Assembly (NCBI GenBank): GCA_036172245.1
Contig: JAYWIR010000081.1
Span: forward strand, 186,001 to 250,000
Length of the DNA stretch: 64,000 nucleotides
Direction of reading: 5' to 3'
Source of the DNA: Raillietiella orientalis
Taxonomy: Eukaryota
Numbering within the stretch: the stretch's first letter is position 1; every line of letters begins with the position of its first letter. The notes beneath the pieces are model-generated. The model was not told the origin of the DNA and searched no databases. It worked only from the letters and a program-made list of their open reading frames with translations. The position numbers and the translations under genes were made by a program. Shown in pieces: positions 37,311-49,140 of the stretch.

Positions 37311-39750
37311 TTATTACCCTATTGCGCCGGGACGTTTATTCATAATATCAACTGGGAACTGTGTTCCCAGGCAAGGGGAACAGAAAATGTGGAGTAGATT
37401 TCCTGGAACGCAGGCCGGGTTCACTGAGATTTCGGACGGGAGGGGGTGGGATAGGAAATAAATAAATTGGGTGGGAGGGCGGGGATAGTGATATACAGTG
37501 TAGCCTTTCCTATTCTCAAAACCAACAATGAATGCCGCCGATCTCTGTCCTCACTTCTGCTCCCAGGAGTGGCCACCCGGCAGCCATTTGCAGGTTGCAG
37601 GCTGCGGTGTCGGGGACCGATGTTGGGACGGCTCGCATCTGCGATACGTGGCAAGCCCTGACAATGGCGCGGACGCAGCAGATGATTGCGACGACCGCTC
37701 CAAGAGAAAGACCGCCACGCGTGTAGAAGTGTCGCATCCAATCGAGTGCGGTGTATCCGGGTTGCAAGAGCGCTAAAGACAGCCGCCGCCACAGATCCTG
37801 GAGGGCACCGCACTCAAACAGCAAATACGGAAGCGATTCCACCGCTCCGCATTTGGCACAGTTCGGAGACGCAACTCTTCCGGAAATCAGGTGCACCCGC
37901 TGGTTGCAGTAGAAACCCCAATGCAGCAGTAGAAAAGCGTCCTGCTTTCACCGAAGGGGGAAAAGAGTCATGTGCAAACACGCAGAAGGGACCACAAGTT
38001 CATCGGTGGGCACCCCGAGGAGCTCACTCCACCGGAGTAGTCCCTTGGCACGAAGGCGAGATGTGGCAGCGTCTGCCACTTCGAGACTCCGCCAGCCGCC
38101 CAGCAGAAGGATTTCGCCCGCGATTTTGCAACTGATCTCCAACCTCGCCGGCAGGTCACTGTCATCTCACACCATCAGTGCACACAGTGCTTCGGCTAGT
38201 GGCGTAGCAACTAGGCGTGTCCACTGGTCCTGGTGTTCCAGCACTCCCCCCACTGGACAGTATGAAGAAAGTTTCACGCAACGGAGTACCAAACGGGACA
38301 CATCCTGTTGCGCTGCCCAGGACGATAAGGCTTCCTGCCTCCAGGCGTTGAAGTTCGTCGGCCGGCAAGAGATCCACTCGTGCTTTCCCAGAAGCGTGGG
38401 GAGCTGCTGCAAAGGGAAGCCGAATCCTCTCTGGGCGCGCTCCCTGCGCAGATGCAAGGAACGTAGTCCTCCGCCAGCCGTTCAGCGCCGCAGCAGCAGC
38501 CGCGCTGGAGCACACCAAAGAGTAGTCCAGAGCTGCGCACAAAGTGCCAGCATGCGGAACTGCACTAGCAGTCCGATCCGCTCCAGCGTCAGGATGCCCA
38601 ATCCTGCATCCAGCCGAGGAGCCGCCAAGTCCTCTAGGCGTATCCAGGAACTCGCCAGTCCCCACAGGGCGTTCCGCAACAGGCATGCGCTCGGCGCTTC
38701 CTCGAGAAGCGAGGAATACAAACAACAAAGAGGGGACGGAGGAGATGGGCAACGAAAATCTTCCACACGAACGCCCGTTCCTTTAGGAGAATCCTGACGC
38801 CCCATGGAATGGGCCCGGAGCCGTCTCGGCCTTATGAAGGCAGTCCGACCACGCTTCTGATGGATAGAAGGCGCACAAGGGAACGCCGAAGTACTTGAAC
38901 CACCTGCCCGTAGGGATCTACATGCGGATCCAGTCGGACTGCCCCTCTTACGTAGAGCCAACCGGTACAACGGTTGATTTCGTCCTGTTGACGCTCAGGC
39001 CCGCTCCCCGACGAATGAGGTCAAGGAAGTCCTCGAGCCTGGACGCCGGGGTGGACATGGTCAGCAACAGGAGAAGGTCGTCAGCATAGGCGCCACGGCC
39101 GGTGTTCCCGGGCAGTAGCTCGGCAGGTTGGCGGACGTCAGCCTGTACGCCCTCAGCACCAACTCAAAGAAGATGTTGAAGAGCAGAAGGCTTGAGCTGT
39201 CTTCCTGCCTGATACCTTGCCGTAAGGGTATGCCGTACACGTTGCGCCCACTGAAAGAGATACAGCATGACGGGTGGCGCCAGCAGGAGCACAAGTAGGC
39301 GATGAGGTTCGTCGGGAGGCCAAAGCGTCCCATAAGCTCCCGAAAAAGGTCCTGGTTTACGCTGTCGAACGCTTTGCAGTGATCGACGGCGACCGCTAAG
39401 GCTCCCGGCGTTCCATCGTGCCTTGAACACCGCCGCTTACCTTTGGCAGCGCCGATTTCGGCTGCCTGGCTCTGCTACGCCACGCACTGCTGCAACTCGA
39501 ACCATGTTTGCGCGAAGAAGAGATTCGCGTCCATGGACCGCCCCGGAACAGCATACGTCTGCTCCGAACTTAGTAACGACTCCGCGATTCTCATAAGGCG
39601 CGCGACCCATAGCTTGGAGAACAACTTCACGTCCGAACTCATCATGGTGATCGGACGCCAGTTGCTAAGGTGGCGCAAATCACCGCCTTTCGGCAGGAGC
39701 TGGACCTTTGCTGAGCGGAAAGAAGCGGGAACATCTCCCGTCTCACGCAT
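37311..39750 (-). mobile_element. LINE family I, RT to 3' end, degenerate
   Basis: MRETGDVPASF, NWRPIT, RQEDSSS, CAKCGAVESLPYL; 3' motif 37311-37340. Confidence 0.83.
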
Positions 39751-40490
39751 CCGCGACGGTCGCGTACCGACAAGCTTTTGCGTCGCTCCGAGGTAGATTG
39801 GCTCTTGTGTGTTTTTGTTCTGCTGTGCTTCTGTGCTGCAATGGGAGCAAAGAAGAACATCAGCCGCAAGAAGGGAACGCCACCTGCTCCTGAGATGGCT
39901 GCTTCGGCTGCTAGCAGGGAGCCTCTGTCCTCACCGACGGCGAGGACATTCGCCCAGGTCGCTGCCCTCGCAACTACGATAAGACCTTCGCCCGACATCT
40001 GTGAGCTTCAGGCGTATGTAGCAAATGGCTACACGCCTGCACTCTAGTATAAGGTGAGCGTCCTTATGCCTGAGCGGGTTAAGCGCGAGTTTGGCCAGGA
40101 ACTTTAACGGATTGGAGTTCAAAAAGGCCAACTAAAGTCCATCATGTGCATGAGTGGGTGCGGCTACTGAGAGGTGTCCAGTAAGGACGCTCTCCTCACG
40201 CAGTGTTTGCGGCACACGCCGCTGCTCATTCGTGGCAGGAAATACTCCCTGTCACAACGGACCAGTCGTTCGTTGTCCGGCTCAGTGGAGTGTGTGAGGG
40301 CATTTCCGACCGCCAGGTCTTAGAGGCCCTTGAAAAATTCGCAATTGTCCACGTGCTTTGGAGGCTATCAAACCTTGCTGAAGGGTTCGAAGACCACCAC
40401 AGCGGGCCCGCATAAGTGCGAGTGACCATGACGGGTCGCCGTGCTATGCCCACGCTACTGCAGGCGGATAGATTGACGGTCCGCCTGTGG
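39751..40490 (+). mobile_element. LINE family H, 5' end plus ORF1 N-terminal half, degenerate
   Basis: ARTFAQVAA..ELQAYVANGYTPAL*YKV, ILPVTTDQSFVVRL, LTVRLWF: homologous to the other ORF1s. Confidence 0.75.
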
Positions 40491-43479
40491 TTTGCCACCC
40501 GGATATGCGGGGCATTTATTATTTTAATTTTTTACAAAAGATAGATAATAAAGTCTTTAAAAAGATGTTTTCTGTGGAAAAACGCTGCGTTCTCCCAACT
40601 TGCTCGACATGTCAGTTGCCGGTGCATAGACCGGTTAGGTCCATTACTGAGGCGATGGGAAGGGAAAACTAGAACAAAAACAAACATTAAGAGACATAAC
40701 GGGGAGGGAAATAGTTATATGGGGAGAAGGGGGGGCAGGGAAGGGATTACTGGGAGCCTGGGCCGATCCTCCGCATCCTGTTGAGGATGCAGTCAAGTTC
40801 GGTTTTTATTGTGAAAGGTAGACGCCATCTTGTCGCCGTCCCTAAAGAGATCGTCGTCCAGTGGATGGCGTCCCTGCATCTTGGGCCTCTTCTTCTGGCG
40901 TGCCACCTTTGCACAATGCCGCGCACGCAGCAGAGGACTGCTAGAGACGCAGCGGGGCGCACTACGTCAGGCAGAAAGAGGCGACGGTAAATTTCATTAG
41001 GGTCGCCTACAGGAAGATGGAGGATTGGGGCGATTCTACTCCAGAGTCCATTCAGGGCAACACGCTCGAGGGTGAGATGCGGGAAGGTTTCTCTTTCTCC
41101 GCACTCGACACAGCGCGCATCCACACTCCCCAGTGTCCAGTGAGACAGGCGTGCTCTGCTTAACAGTCCCCAGTGAAGAAATAGCAACGCCGTCTCCTGC
41201 CACTTCAACGGAAGTGTGCCGCAATCCGAACACGCTGGGGGCCACTTCACCTCCTCCGGAGGTATCGCGAGGAGCACTTCCCAGCGCGCAAGTCCGTGAA
41301 GAGGGACGCTCGGGGTTGCACCGTCCGTGAGCTCCCGAGTCGTCCACGCCTTTAAAGGTTTTTTCGAGCCTCGGATGAGGCAGGACACTTCCCACGATGC
41401 CCGCTGGTTGCTGCTCCTAGTGTTTTTTAGGGAGGACAGAACGGGGGCCAGGGGGCTGAAAGGAGCTCACAGAAATTTCCGGGGCGTGTTGATAATATCC
41501 TGCAGCGGCTTTCGAGCGTACGGTCTTCGTCGTAGGCAGTTGTATTCCGCCTCGCTCGTGCCGTTGATCTTCGCCCACGCGGAAGCTGACTCCTGAAGCC
41601 GGGCAGTACAGTTCGCGGGGAGGCAGGAGATCAAGCTATTCTCCCTCTTCAGGGCGACCATTTAGCGAAATTTGGGCCACAGTTGGAGAGGATGCGCTAA
41701 TAGGCCACGAGGATCAAGGACAATTTTTCGCAGCCGGTCGCTCTTCTGGCGAGGAGCCGAGCCGGAACGCACCATGGCGTCATCCATAAGCTAGACGCAA
41801 GGGCTAACTTCCGAAGTGTTTTTTGCAGTTGGATGCGCTCCAACGTAAGGAGGCTTAAGCCACCATCCCTGCGTGGAGCGCACAAGTCTTTCCATCGGAC
41901 TCGCGACCTCGCTGTGCCCCAAATGGAAGTCCTCAAGAGGGCTTTGGTTCGTCTCTGTATGATGGGAGGGGCGGGGCGAACAAAAAGTAAGGGGCGAAGC
42001 AGGAAGGCCGCGAACGCGTTCCGCACCGTGGCCCGCCCCTGCAAGTAAAAGCTGCCGTTCCGGAACGGGCCGATCGCCAACTCCACCTTTTGGAGACGGT
42101 CGGACGAGGCTTTTGCAACGCGGAAGTCCCCCAACGGAACGCCAAGTTACTTGAAGCACCTGCCCGTGAGGATCCCCAAGCGGATCCAGTGCGGCCGTCA
42201 GGCCCATAGCCTATTGTTGAAAAGTAGTGGTGATGTTGGAACGATGGAAGATTTCTCACTGTTCACATCGAGGCCTGTCCCGTGGCGCAGCATCTCAAAG
42301 AAATCTTCGAGCGCCGACGCCGGGTGGACCCAAGGAGCAGGAGCAGAAGATCGTCGGCGTAGGCCGACACGGCAGGCGAGCCGAAACATGAGCTTGGCAG
42401 GGTTGCCAGAGTCTTCCTGTATGCTCTCAGCACCAGCTCGAAGTAGATGCTGAAGAGCATGGGGCTCAGACTGTCACCCTACCTTATGCTACGCCGAACA
42501 GGCACGCCGTACGCGTGCCGGCCGCTAAAAGAGATGTTCATTAAAGCGAAGCGCCAGAAGGAGCGCAGGTAAGCCCGGAAGACGGCCGGGAATCCCAAGC
42601 GTTCCAGGAGCTACAGAAGGAGTTCCCGGTCGACGCAATCGAACGCTTTACGGAGGTCGACTGCGACCGCAAGGGCATTGCGCGCGGCTCTTCCATGAAG
42701 AGCGTCCCCTCGCCGGTCAGAGGAGAATCCAGGATTCTCTTGACCTCCCCGGTCTTGCCATTGTTGCAACTGCCACCATGTACTGGCGAGGAACAGGTTG
42801 GCCTCCATGCTTCGTCCGGGAACAGCGTATGTCTGCTCCGGACTCACCACGGTTTCCGCCACCCGTGCCAGTCGCTCAGCCCAAAGCTTGGCAAGCAGCT
42901 TCGCATTTGCATTTACTTCTGTGATGGGACACCAGTTGCCTACGTTGCGATTGTCTCCTCCTTTCGGCAGGAGACGTACTCTAGCTGACTGGAACGATTT
43001 GGGGACGTCCCCTTGTTCTCGGATCAGCATGCAAAGTCAATGCACCAGGGGGGCCAGCTCCGCCACGAAGCCTTGGTAAAACTCCGCAGGCAGACGGTCT
43101 TCTGCTGCTGCTTTCCTCTTTCCGAGCTTTCCGATGGCGGAGACGATCTCCGCCATAGAGAAAGGCTCCTCGAGTTGATGTGTCTGCTACTCCTCTAGCG
43201 CGAAGGCGCCTCGCGGAAGCAAGCGCTGCGCCACGGCGCGCTCTTTTGTTTTACGCTCGTACAAGGAGGAGTGATAGACCCGCAGGATGCAATTTATTCT
43301 CGCCAGAGCTGAGCATATCTGGCCTTGGGCGTCTAGAAAGCTGGCCCACCCGGATTGCCAGTTCTGTTGCTCAGCCCCACCTTTATACTCCGCCAGGCGT
43401 CGAACGTCGGGAGTCCTAGATTAAAGACGGGCTTGGTGGTATGCCCGGTCGTTCCTCCGCCCTTCGCCGAAACCCTTGG
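40491..43479 (-). mobile_element. LINE family F, ORF2 linker to 3' end, degenerate
   Basis: KGFGEGRRNDRAY, DLRKAFD, AYADD, CVECGERETFPHL; 3' motif 40491-40520. Confidence 0.86.
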
Positions 43480-46400
43480 CGAGTGGACGTGTGTTTCCTT
43501 CGCTCCCGAGTGAGTCGACAGGAAGCGGTTTTTTCTTGTGTTGTTTGGTGTGGAACATCGTTGGTGTCCGATGGCAGCGATGCCTGAGGACACCACGATG
43601 GAGGTAGGTGTGGGGGAGGCTTGCCCACCCCCACAGCCTACAGAATCAGGGGCGTCCGCCCCGGAATCGCCCTCGCCGCTCAAGGCGAGGAGCTGGAGCG
43701 CCATGGTGGCCGCGCCGAGCGCGGAAACCATGGCCGAGATGGCGGCCTACCGGGCAGCTGGGTACAAGCCCAGCTTGGTTTACCAGGTAGGCAATCTCTT
43801 TGAAGGGCGAATTGCACGCGCTTTTTCGAAAGCGCTGCAGAACGCCAACGTGTTGGAAAAGGACCTTGATGGTCTATCCGTGCTCAACGGGGGTCAGCGC
43901 GTCGAATTGTCTGCAAGGACATCACCTTGGCGCAAAGATTGTTAACCACCCCGCTGAACGTGAACGCACGCAAGATCCTACCAGTCACGATGATCCGCTC
44001 CGTAGTGGTCCATCTGACAGGGATCACCAGCCGCATGACGCGGTCTGCGGTTGGTGATCAGTTAAGAAAGTATGGAGATGTTCACCCGCTATGGCCAAAG
44101 GCCACAATCTTCGATGGCTACGATAGCATTTTCGGAGGTCAGGCCGCCGCGCGCGTGGAGTTGAAGCAGAGTGGGCTTCCCCACAAACTGGAGGTCAATG
44201 GCGAAGTCGTAGACCTCTGGTACGTGGGGAAACCCCGCTTTTGTGGCTACTGCAATGCAGTAGGACACTTGCGCAAGAGGTGCCCGAACATTGTGTGCCA
44301 CTTATGCGGGGAGAGGGGCCACGTACGCCGCGTATGCCCTAAACGCCCCACTCCGGTGCCGCCTGCTGCAAAGAAAGCACAGAAAAAACGCGGTAAACTG
44401 GTCGAAAGACCAAAAAGAGATACTGGCCGGCAGCAGCCGCTAGCCCCTGTTCCTCCCACACAAGCGTCGGAAGAAAAACCCTCCGAAGACGCGGGAGTCG
44501 AAGACGGCTGGCAGCTGGTCAAGGCCAGAAAGGAGAAAAAGGTGCCCCCCGCGTAACCCGCGAAAGCGGTAAAAAAGACAGCCGGCAAGGCGAAAAAACC
44601 TGGGCCGCGCTCTAAGACCATGCGAGAGTGTACGGTAGCACTGGAGCGCATAGCCGTTCCCGAGATTGCCACCCAGGGCGACGAGCCTTCCCTCGCCGTT
44701 TGCGCCGCGCCCGAGGTTCGCCACGGCGAACCCTCTGTTTACACAGAGGGTGTGCCGCGCGAAAGAGCGACGGTCGAAGCCGAGGACGGCTCGTTTGCTC
44801 AGAAGCCGGAGGAGCTCGCGGCCACGCTAGCCGAGCGTGGGAACCCCTCGCGCAAGGCCGTGCGAAGGCCGGCACCCGCGAAAAAGGCCCCCACAGGTGA
44901 GTCGGATCTGGAGGCCGGAAGTGCATCCTCCTCCTCGGAGGCACCCCCCAGGAAGTCGGGACGCAAGTTTCAGAAACCCAGGAGGCGCCTCCCCTCCACC
45001 AGCGAGGAGGACAAGCAGGAAGGTAGCGGTAGCGTGGGAATCCCGGAGGGGGAACTCCCACGCTCGGAAACCGTCGAGCCGGCCACCACCATGGAGGAGG
45101 GTGAGCAGGGGGGCGAAGTCCTGCCCGCAGTCGCCGAGCCTGAACAGCCCGCCCCCATGGAGGAGGGCCAACAGGTAGGCGCACACCACCTGAGGGTGAC
45201 CCGCTCGACGCGCCGTTACACATGGAGGAGGGGGACCAGGTGCATGCAGCGTCTGTCCCTCCTCCTCCACCTAGCGTCCCGCCCCAACAGCTGGCGGACG
45301 CCGCATCGCCATCTTCCCAGGAGTAACACCTGGGATCGCCAGTCGCCGTCGGATCCGCGCAGCCTGTTGGAACGTCAACGGGCTGCGCGGCGACAGTAAC
45401 AGGCGAGATACGGATGACACCCTGCGTGAGCTCGACCTGGCCCTGCTGCAGGAGATCCACGTGATCACCGCGGCAGACGCTCAGGAGATAGAGACGATCG
45501 CGGGAAGTCGGTTGTATTGGCGGTGCGGCCTCCGCAACACCTGCGGGGTCGCGTTCTTCGTGAAGCCGGCCATCGACGCTGCCGTGAAAGGCGTGCGCTT
45601 CGATGACGACGGTCGGATCGGTCAGCTGATTCTCAGCTGGTCCGACTCGATCGAACTGATCGTCACGAATGTGTACGCCCCCAGCGGAAAACAGGGATAC
45701 AGCGACCGTACCAGGCTGCTGGAATCTTTGAAGCGCGACTGGCTGGCGGACACGAACGTGCGGAAGGCTCACCTGATAGCGGGATATTTGAATCTCCGTC
45801 TGCTAACAGGTGAGCCAGAAACACAAGAGAACGCGAAGGACGAGTTGTGCGCCGCCATGCGTGCGCGCAACTTGTTCGCGGGTGAGAGGGGAATGGATCG
45901 CAGCATCGACCACGTCTTCCTCGACGCTGACCTGTGTTCACGGGTCGGCAAACGGGGGAGGGTTGCGTCGACGTAGTCGGACCATTGCCGGTTAATTTTC
46001 GAGATGCGGCCTTGTGACAAGGGACTGCCATCCAGGGATTGGAGTCTGCCGTGGGACTGGACACGACTCTCAGGTGCGAAGGAATTCCTTCGCGAATACC
46101 TGAGAGGCCTCACGCTCCGGAATCTCCAGGACTGGGACCTTTTTAAGGAATCGGTCCGCGAGTTCTGTGAGCAGTTCCCCCTGGATCGCCTGCCCCCGGA
46201 TTCGGCGAGGGTCCTCACAACCCTCGGGCCTATTTACAGGCTCGTAGGTACGAAAGAACCCCTAATGTCCGTCGCCTGGCCGAGTACCGCGCCGGGGCCG
46301 AACGCCAAGCCTGGCAATACGGGTCGGCTAGCTTGCTGGACGACCAGGGCCGGGAATGTTCGTTTCCGTCGTCGGTAAGGCATCTCGTGCGGAGTTTCTA

Positions 46401-49125
46401 TTCCTCCCTTTACGCCAAGGAGCCCCCGGATCCAGACGCCTCTCGACGCTTGCTTCCGGATGGCGCTTTGGCAATAGGGGAGGAGGAGATGGAAAGCCTC
46501 GACGAGCCTGTTACCACTGGCGAAATTCTAGCCGGTATCAAAAGGCTCAAGAAGCGTTAATTCAAGGGGAAGACGGCTTGCCCGCGGAGTTCTTTCAGAG
46601 CTTCGCGGAAGAGGTGGCACCCCTGCTGCTTAAGTTGATCAGGCTGATCCGAGACGGAGGCGATGTTCCCGCCTCGTTTCGGTCCGCCAGAGTGTGGCTC
46701 CTTCCGAAAGGGGGAGACCTCAGGGATTTAAAGAACTGGCGTCCGATAACGATCGTGGATACGGATGCCAAGTTGATCGCAGGGCTATGGGCTTCGCGTC
46801 TGGGGCAGGTGGCAGAATCCGTAATTAGCACGGAGCAGACTTATGCTGTTCCCGGGCGAAGTATGGATGCCAACCTCTTCTTCTGAAGCACATGGGTGCA
46901 CCTGCTGAGAAGAGAAAAGAAAGGGATAGGGAAAGTCGGCAACTCCACATTGGGGCCGCCAGCCGGGCTGAGAAGCGACCCCCGGGCGGGAAAGGGTGCC
47001 CTAGAGCTCGCAGTCGAACTCCACATGGCGTTCGACTGTGTAGACTAGGAACTTCTCTCGGAGCTCCTGGGTCGCATGGGCTTTCCACTCTCCCTGATTT
47101 CCCACCTGCGCTCTTGCTGCCGGAATGCGATCATTACCGTCTCTTTCAGCGGTCAAAAGTTGTATGGCGTGCCGGTGCGGCGGGGCATAAGGCAGGGAGA
47201 TAGCCTCAGCCACCTGCTCTTCAGCACCTACTTTGAGTTTGTGCTGAGAGCGTACAGGGTGACTTTGGCCCCATTGCCGAGCTCGTGCCCCGGCGCGCCC
47301 GCCGTAGCAGCGTACGGCGACGATCTTCTGCTCTTGTTGTCAATGTCCACCCCGGCAAAGGCGGTCGGAGACTTCTTCGATCTGCTCAGCCGCGGGACCG
47401 GACTGCAGGTTAACAGGGCGAAGTCGTCGGTTGTGCCAATAGGTGCGGCGTGGGCAGGGCAGCAGGACTGGGTCCGTCTGGGGATACCCACGGGGAGGTG
47501 CTTCAAATACCTTGGTGTGCCGTTGGGGGACTACTCCCCTGCGGAAGCGTGGTCCAGACGCCTCCAAAAAGTCGAGACGTGGATCGGCCCGTTCCTGGAA
47601 GGCAAGTTTCACTTGCCGGAACGGGCCGCGGTTTGGAACGCCTTCGCGGCCCTCATCCTCCGCCCCTTGCTTTTTGTTTGCCCCCCCACCGTGGAATCGA
47701 AGAAGAGGACGAAGGACCTCCTCCGTATCGCCCTTTGGAGCAAAGGGAGGCCCCGAGTCCCACTGAAGGACTTGTGCGCTCCGCGTCGGGACGGCGGTCT
47801 TGGCCTCCTGACGCTGGAACGCGTGGAGAAGCAGCTGCGATGGCGAACCCTCGCCACCGCAGCGAAGATGTCGAGCACCCCTTGGTGCACTCCGGCCCGC
47901 CTTCTGGCCAGATGTGTGTCCCGGTGCGATGGACTCGCGTCTTTTCTTCTGAGCCCTGGCCGGAAGATGCGGAGATGCGGCCTACTGCTCGGGCGCATGG
48001 CAACATTGGCCAAGGAGAACAGCTGGCTGGTTTGCTGCCCCGCCAACTCCCCCGCCTGGCTGGAGGAGAATATTGGAACGTGGGCTGTAGTTAACCAGAG
48101 AAGCCACGAGACGTGGAATCGTCTCCGATGCAGCCATTTCGCCCGCTGCACGCTGCGGAATCTCCTGGAGAGTCCAGCAAGATGCACGTGGGCAGAGACG
48201 ACCTGCCTAGCTACGGCGCTGCCCTTCCTGAGGAGGGCACTTCACAGCTCACGGACGCCAAGCTGGCAAGTCTCCTGCTGCATCGAGGGACGCGAGAGGT
48301 TGATCAGCGGCTGCACAGCAGCAGAACTGGGCGACGCCACGACCCCGAGCGTCCAGCCGCGAGGATTATTAAGATGGCGCAAGCTGCTCGCCATCCCCAG
48401 GGATGAGCTGAAGTGGTCCCCGGTGATGAAAGAATCCAGGATCCTGCCCCTCAAGTGGCAAGAGTCGGCGTTGCTTTTGTTGCACTGGGGTCTACCCTGC
48501 AACGCGCGCCGCTTCCACTGGACGAGGGGAGCTGTGAATCCTGCGTGTGCCAAGTGCGAGGAGCGGGAGTCGCTTCTCCACCTTATTATGTATTGTGCTG
48601 CCCTCCGACCCCTTTGGGAACGGTTCGGGACGACCCTCGGGCTCCCTACGGGCAGCACCCCCAGAGACGTTCTTCGGCCCCTCTTCGTGAAGGACGCACT
48701 GCAGCCAGCAGCAGCCATCGCAGCCTTGTGCTGCGTCCGTGGCATCGTGGCGGCATGGAGCGACGCCTGCAACGAAGGAGTGGGTTTGCAGGCGAGGGAT
48801 GTCATCCCGTATGCCCAACGCTTCTTGCGAAGAGCTGCCGGATGGCTTCAACTGGGGAATATGCAGACTGACCTCCAGGGCTTCGTTCGACAGAAGGGCC
48901 TTCCCCACAGCGACCAGTGATCCCTTCCCTGCCCTCCAACTTCTTTTTGTTTGTTTCTTTTTATTTTACTTTTTGTCTTATCCCCATCCCCCTTCGCTGT
49001 CGGGGAGTGCCACGCCGGGCTGCGTCCCGGTGTCCCGACAGGTCGCGTGTTTACGGCCGTTGTGGGGTCTCGTACCACGCATGTAGAGTTTACAAATAAA
49101 CGCCCCGGGCGTACCCGGGTGGCAA
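43480..49125 (+). mobile_element. LINE family B, full-length (about 5.65 kb), flanked by a ~15-bp TSD
   Basis: cgccgaaacccttgg (43465-43479) / cgccgaatcccttgg (49126-49140); ORF1 43571-45326, ORF2 about 45326-48920; 3' motif 49095-49125. Confidence 0.92.
47076..48920 (+). pseudogene. Longest open part (614 aa) of family B ORF2: RT C-terminal half plus Cys/His finger
   Basis: RQGDSLS, AYGDD (YADD variant), FKYLG, CAKCEERESLLHLIMYC; upstream ORF2 has stops. Confidence 0.9.
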
Positions 49126-49140
49126 CGCCGAATCCCTTGG

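Noticed and set aside
43450..43495. Inr-DPE +28 spacing for families B and C
   Set aside because: Counting back 27 nt from GGACG gives no Inr-like A at 43458, 51421 or 31705; the spacing holds only for family A.
43927..44556. Retroviral or LTR-element gag
   Set aside because: No LTRs, protease, RNase H or integrase seen; the knuckles belong to LINE ORF1.
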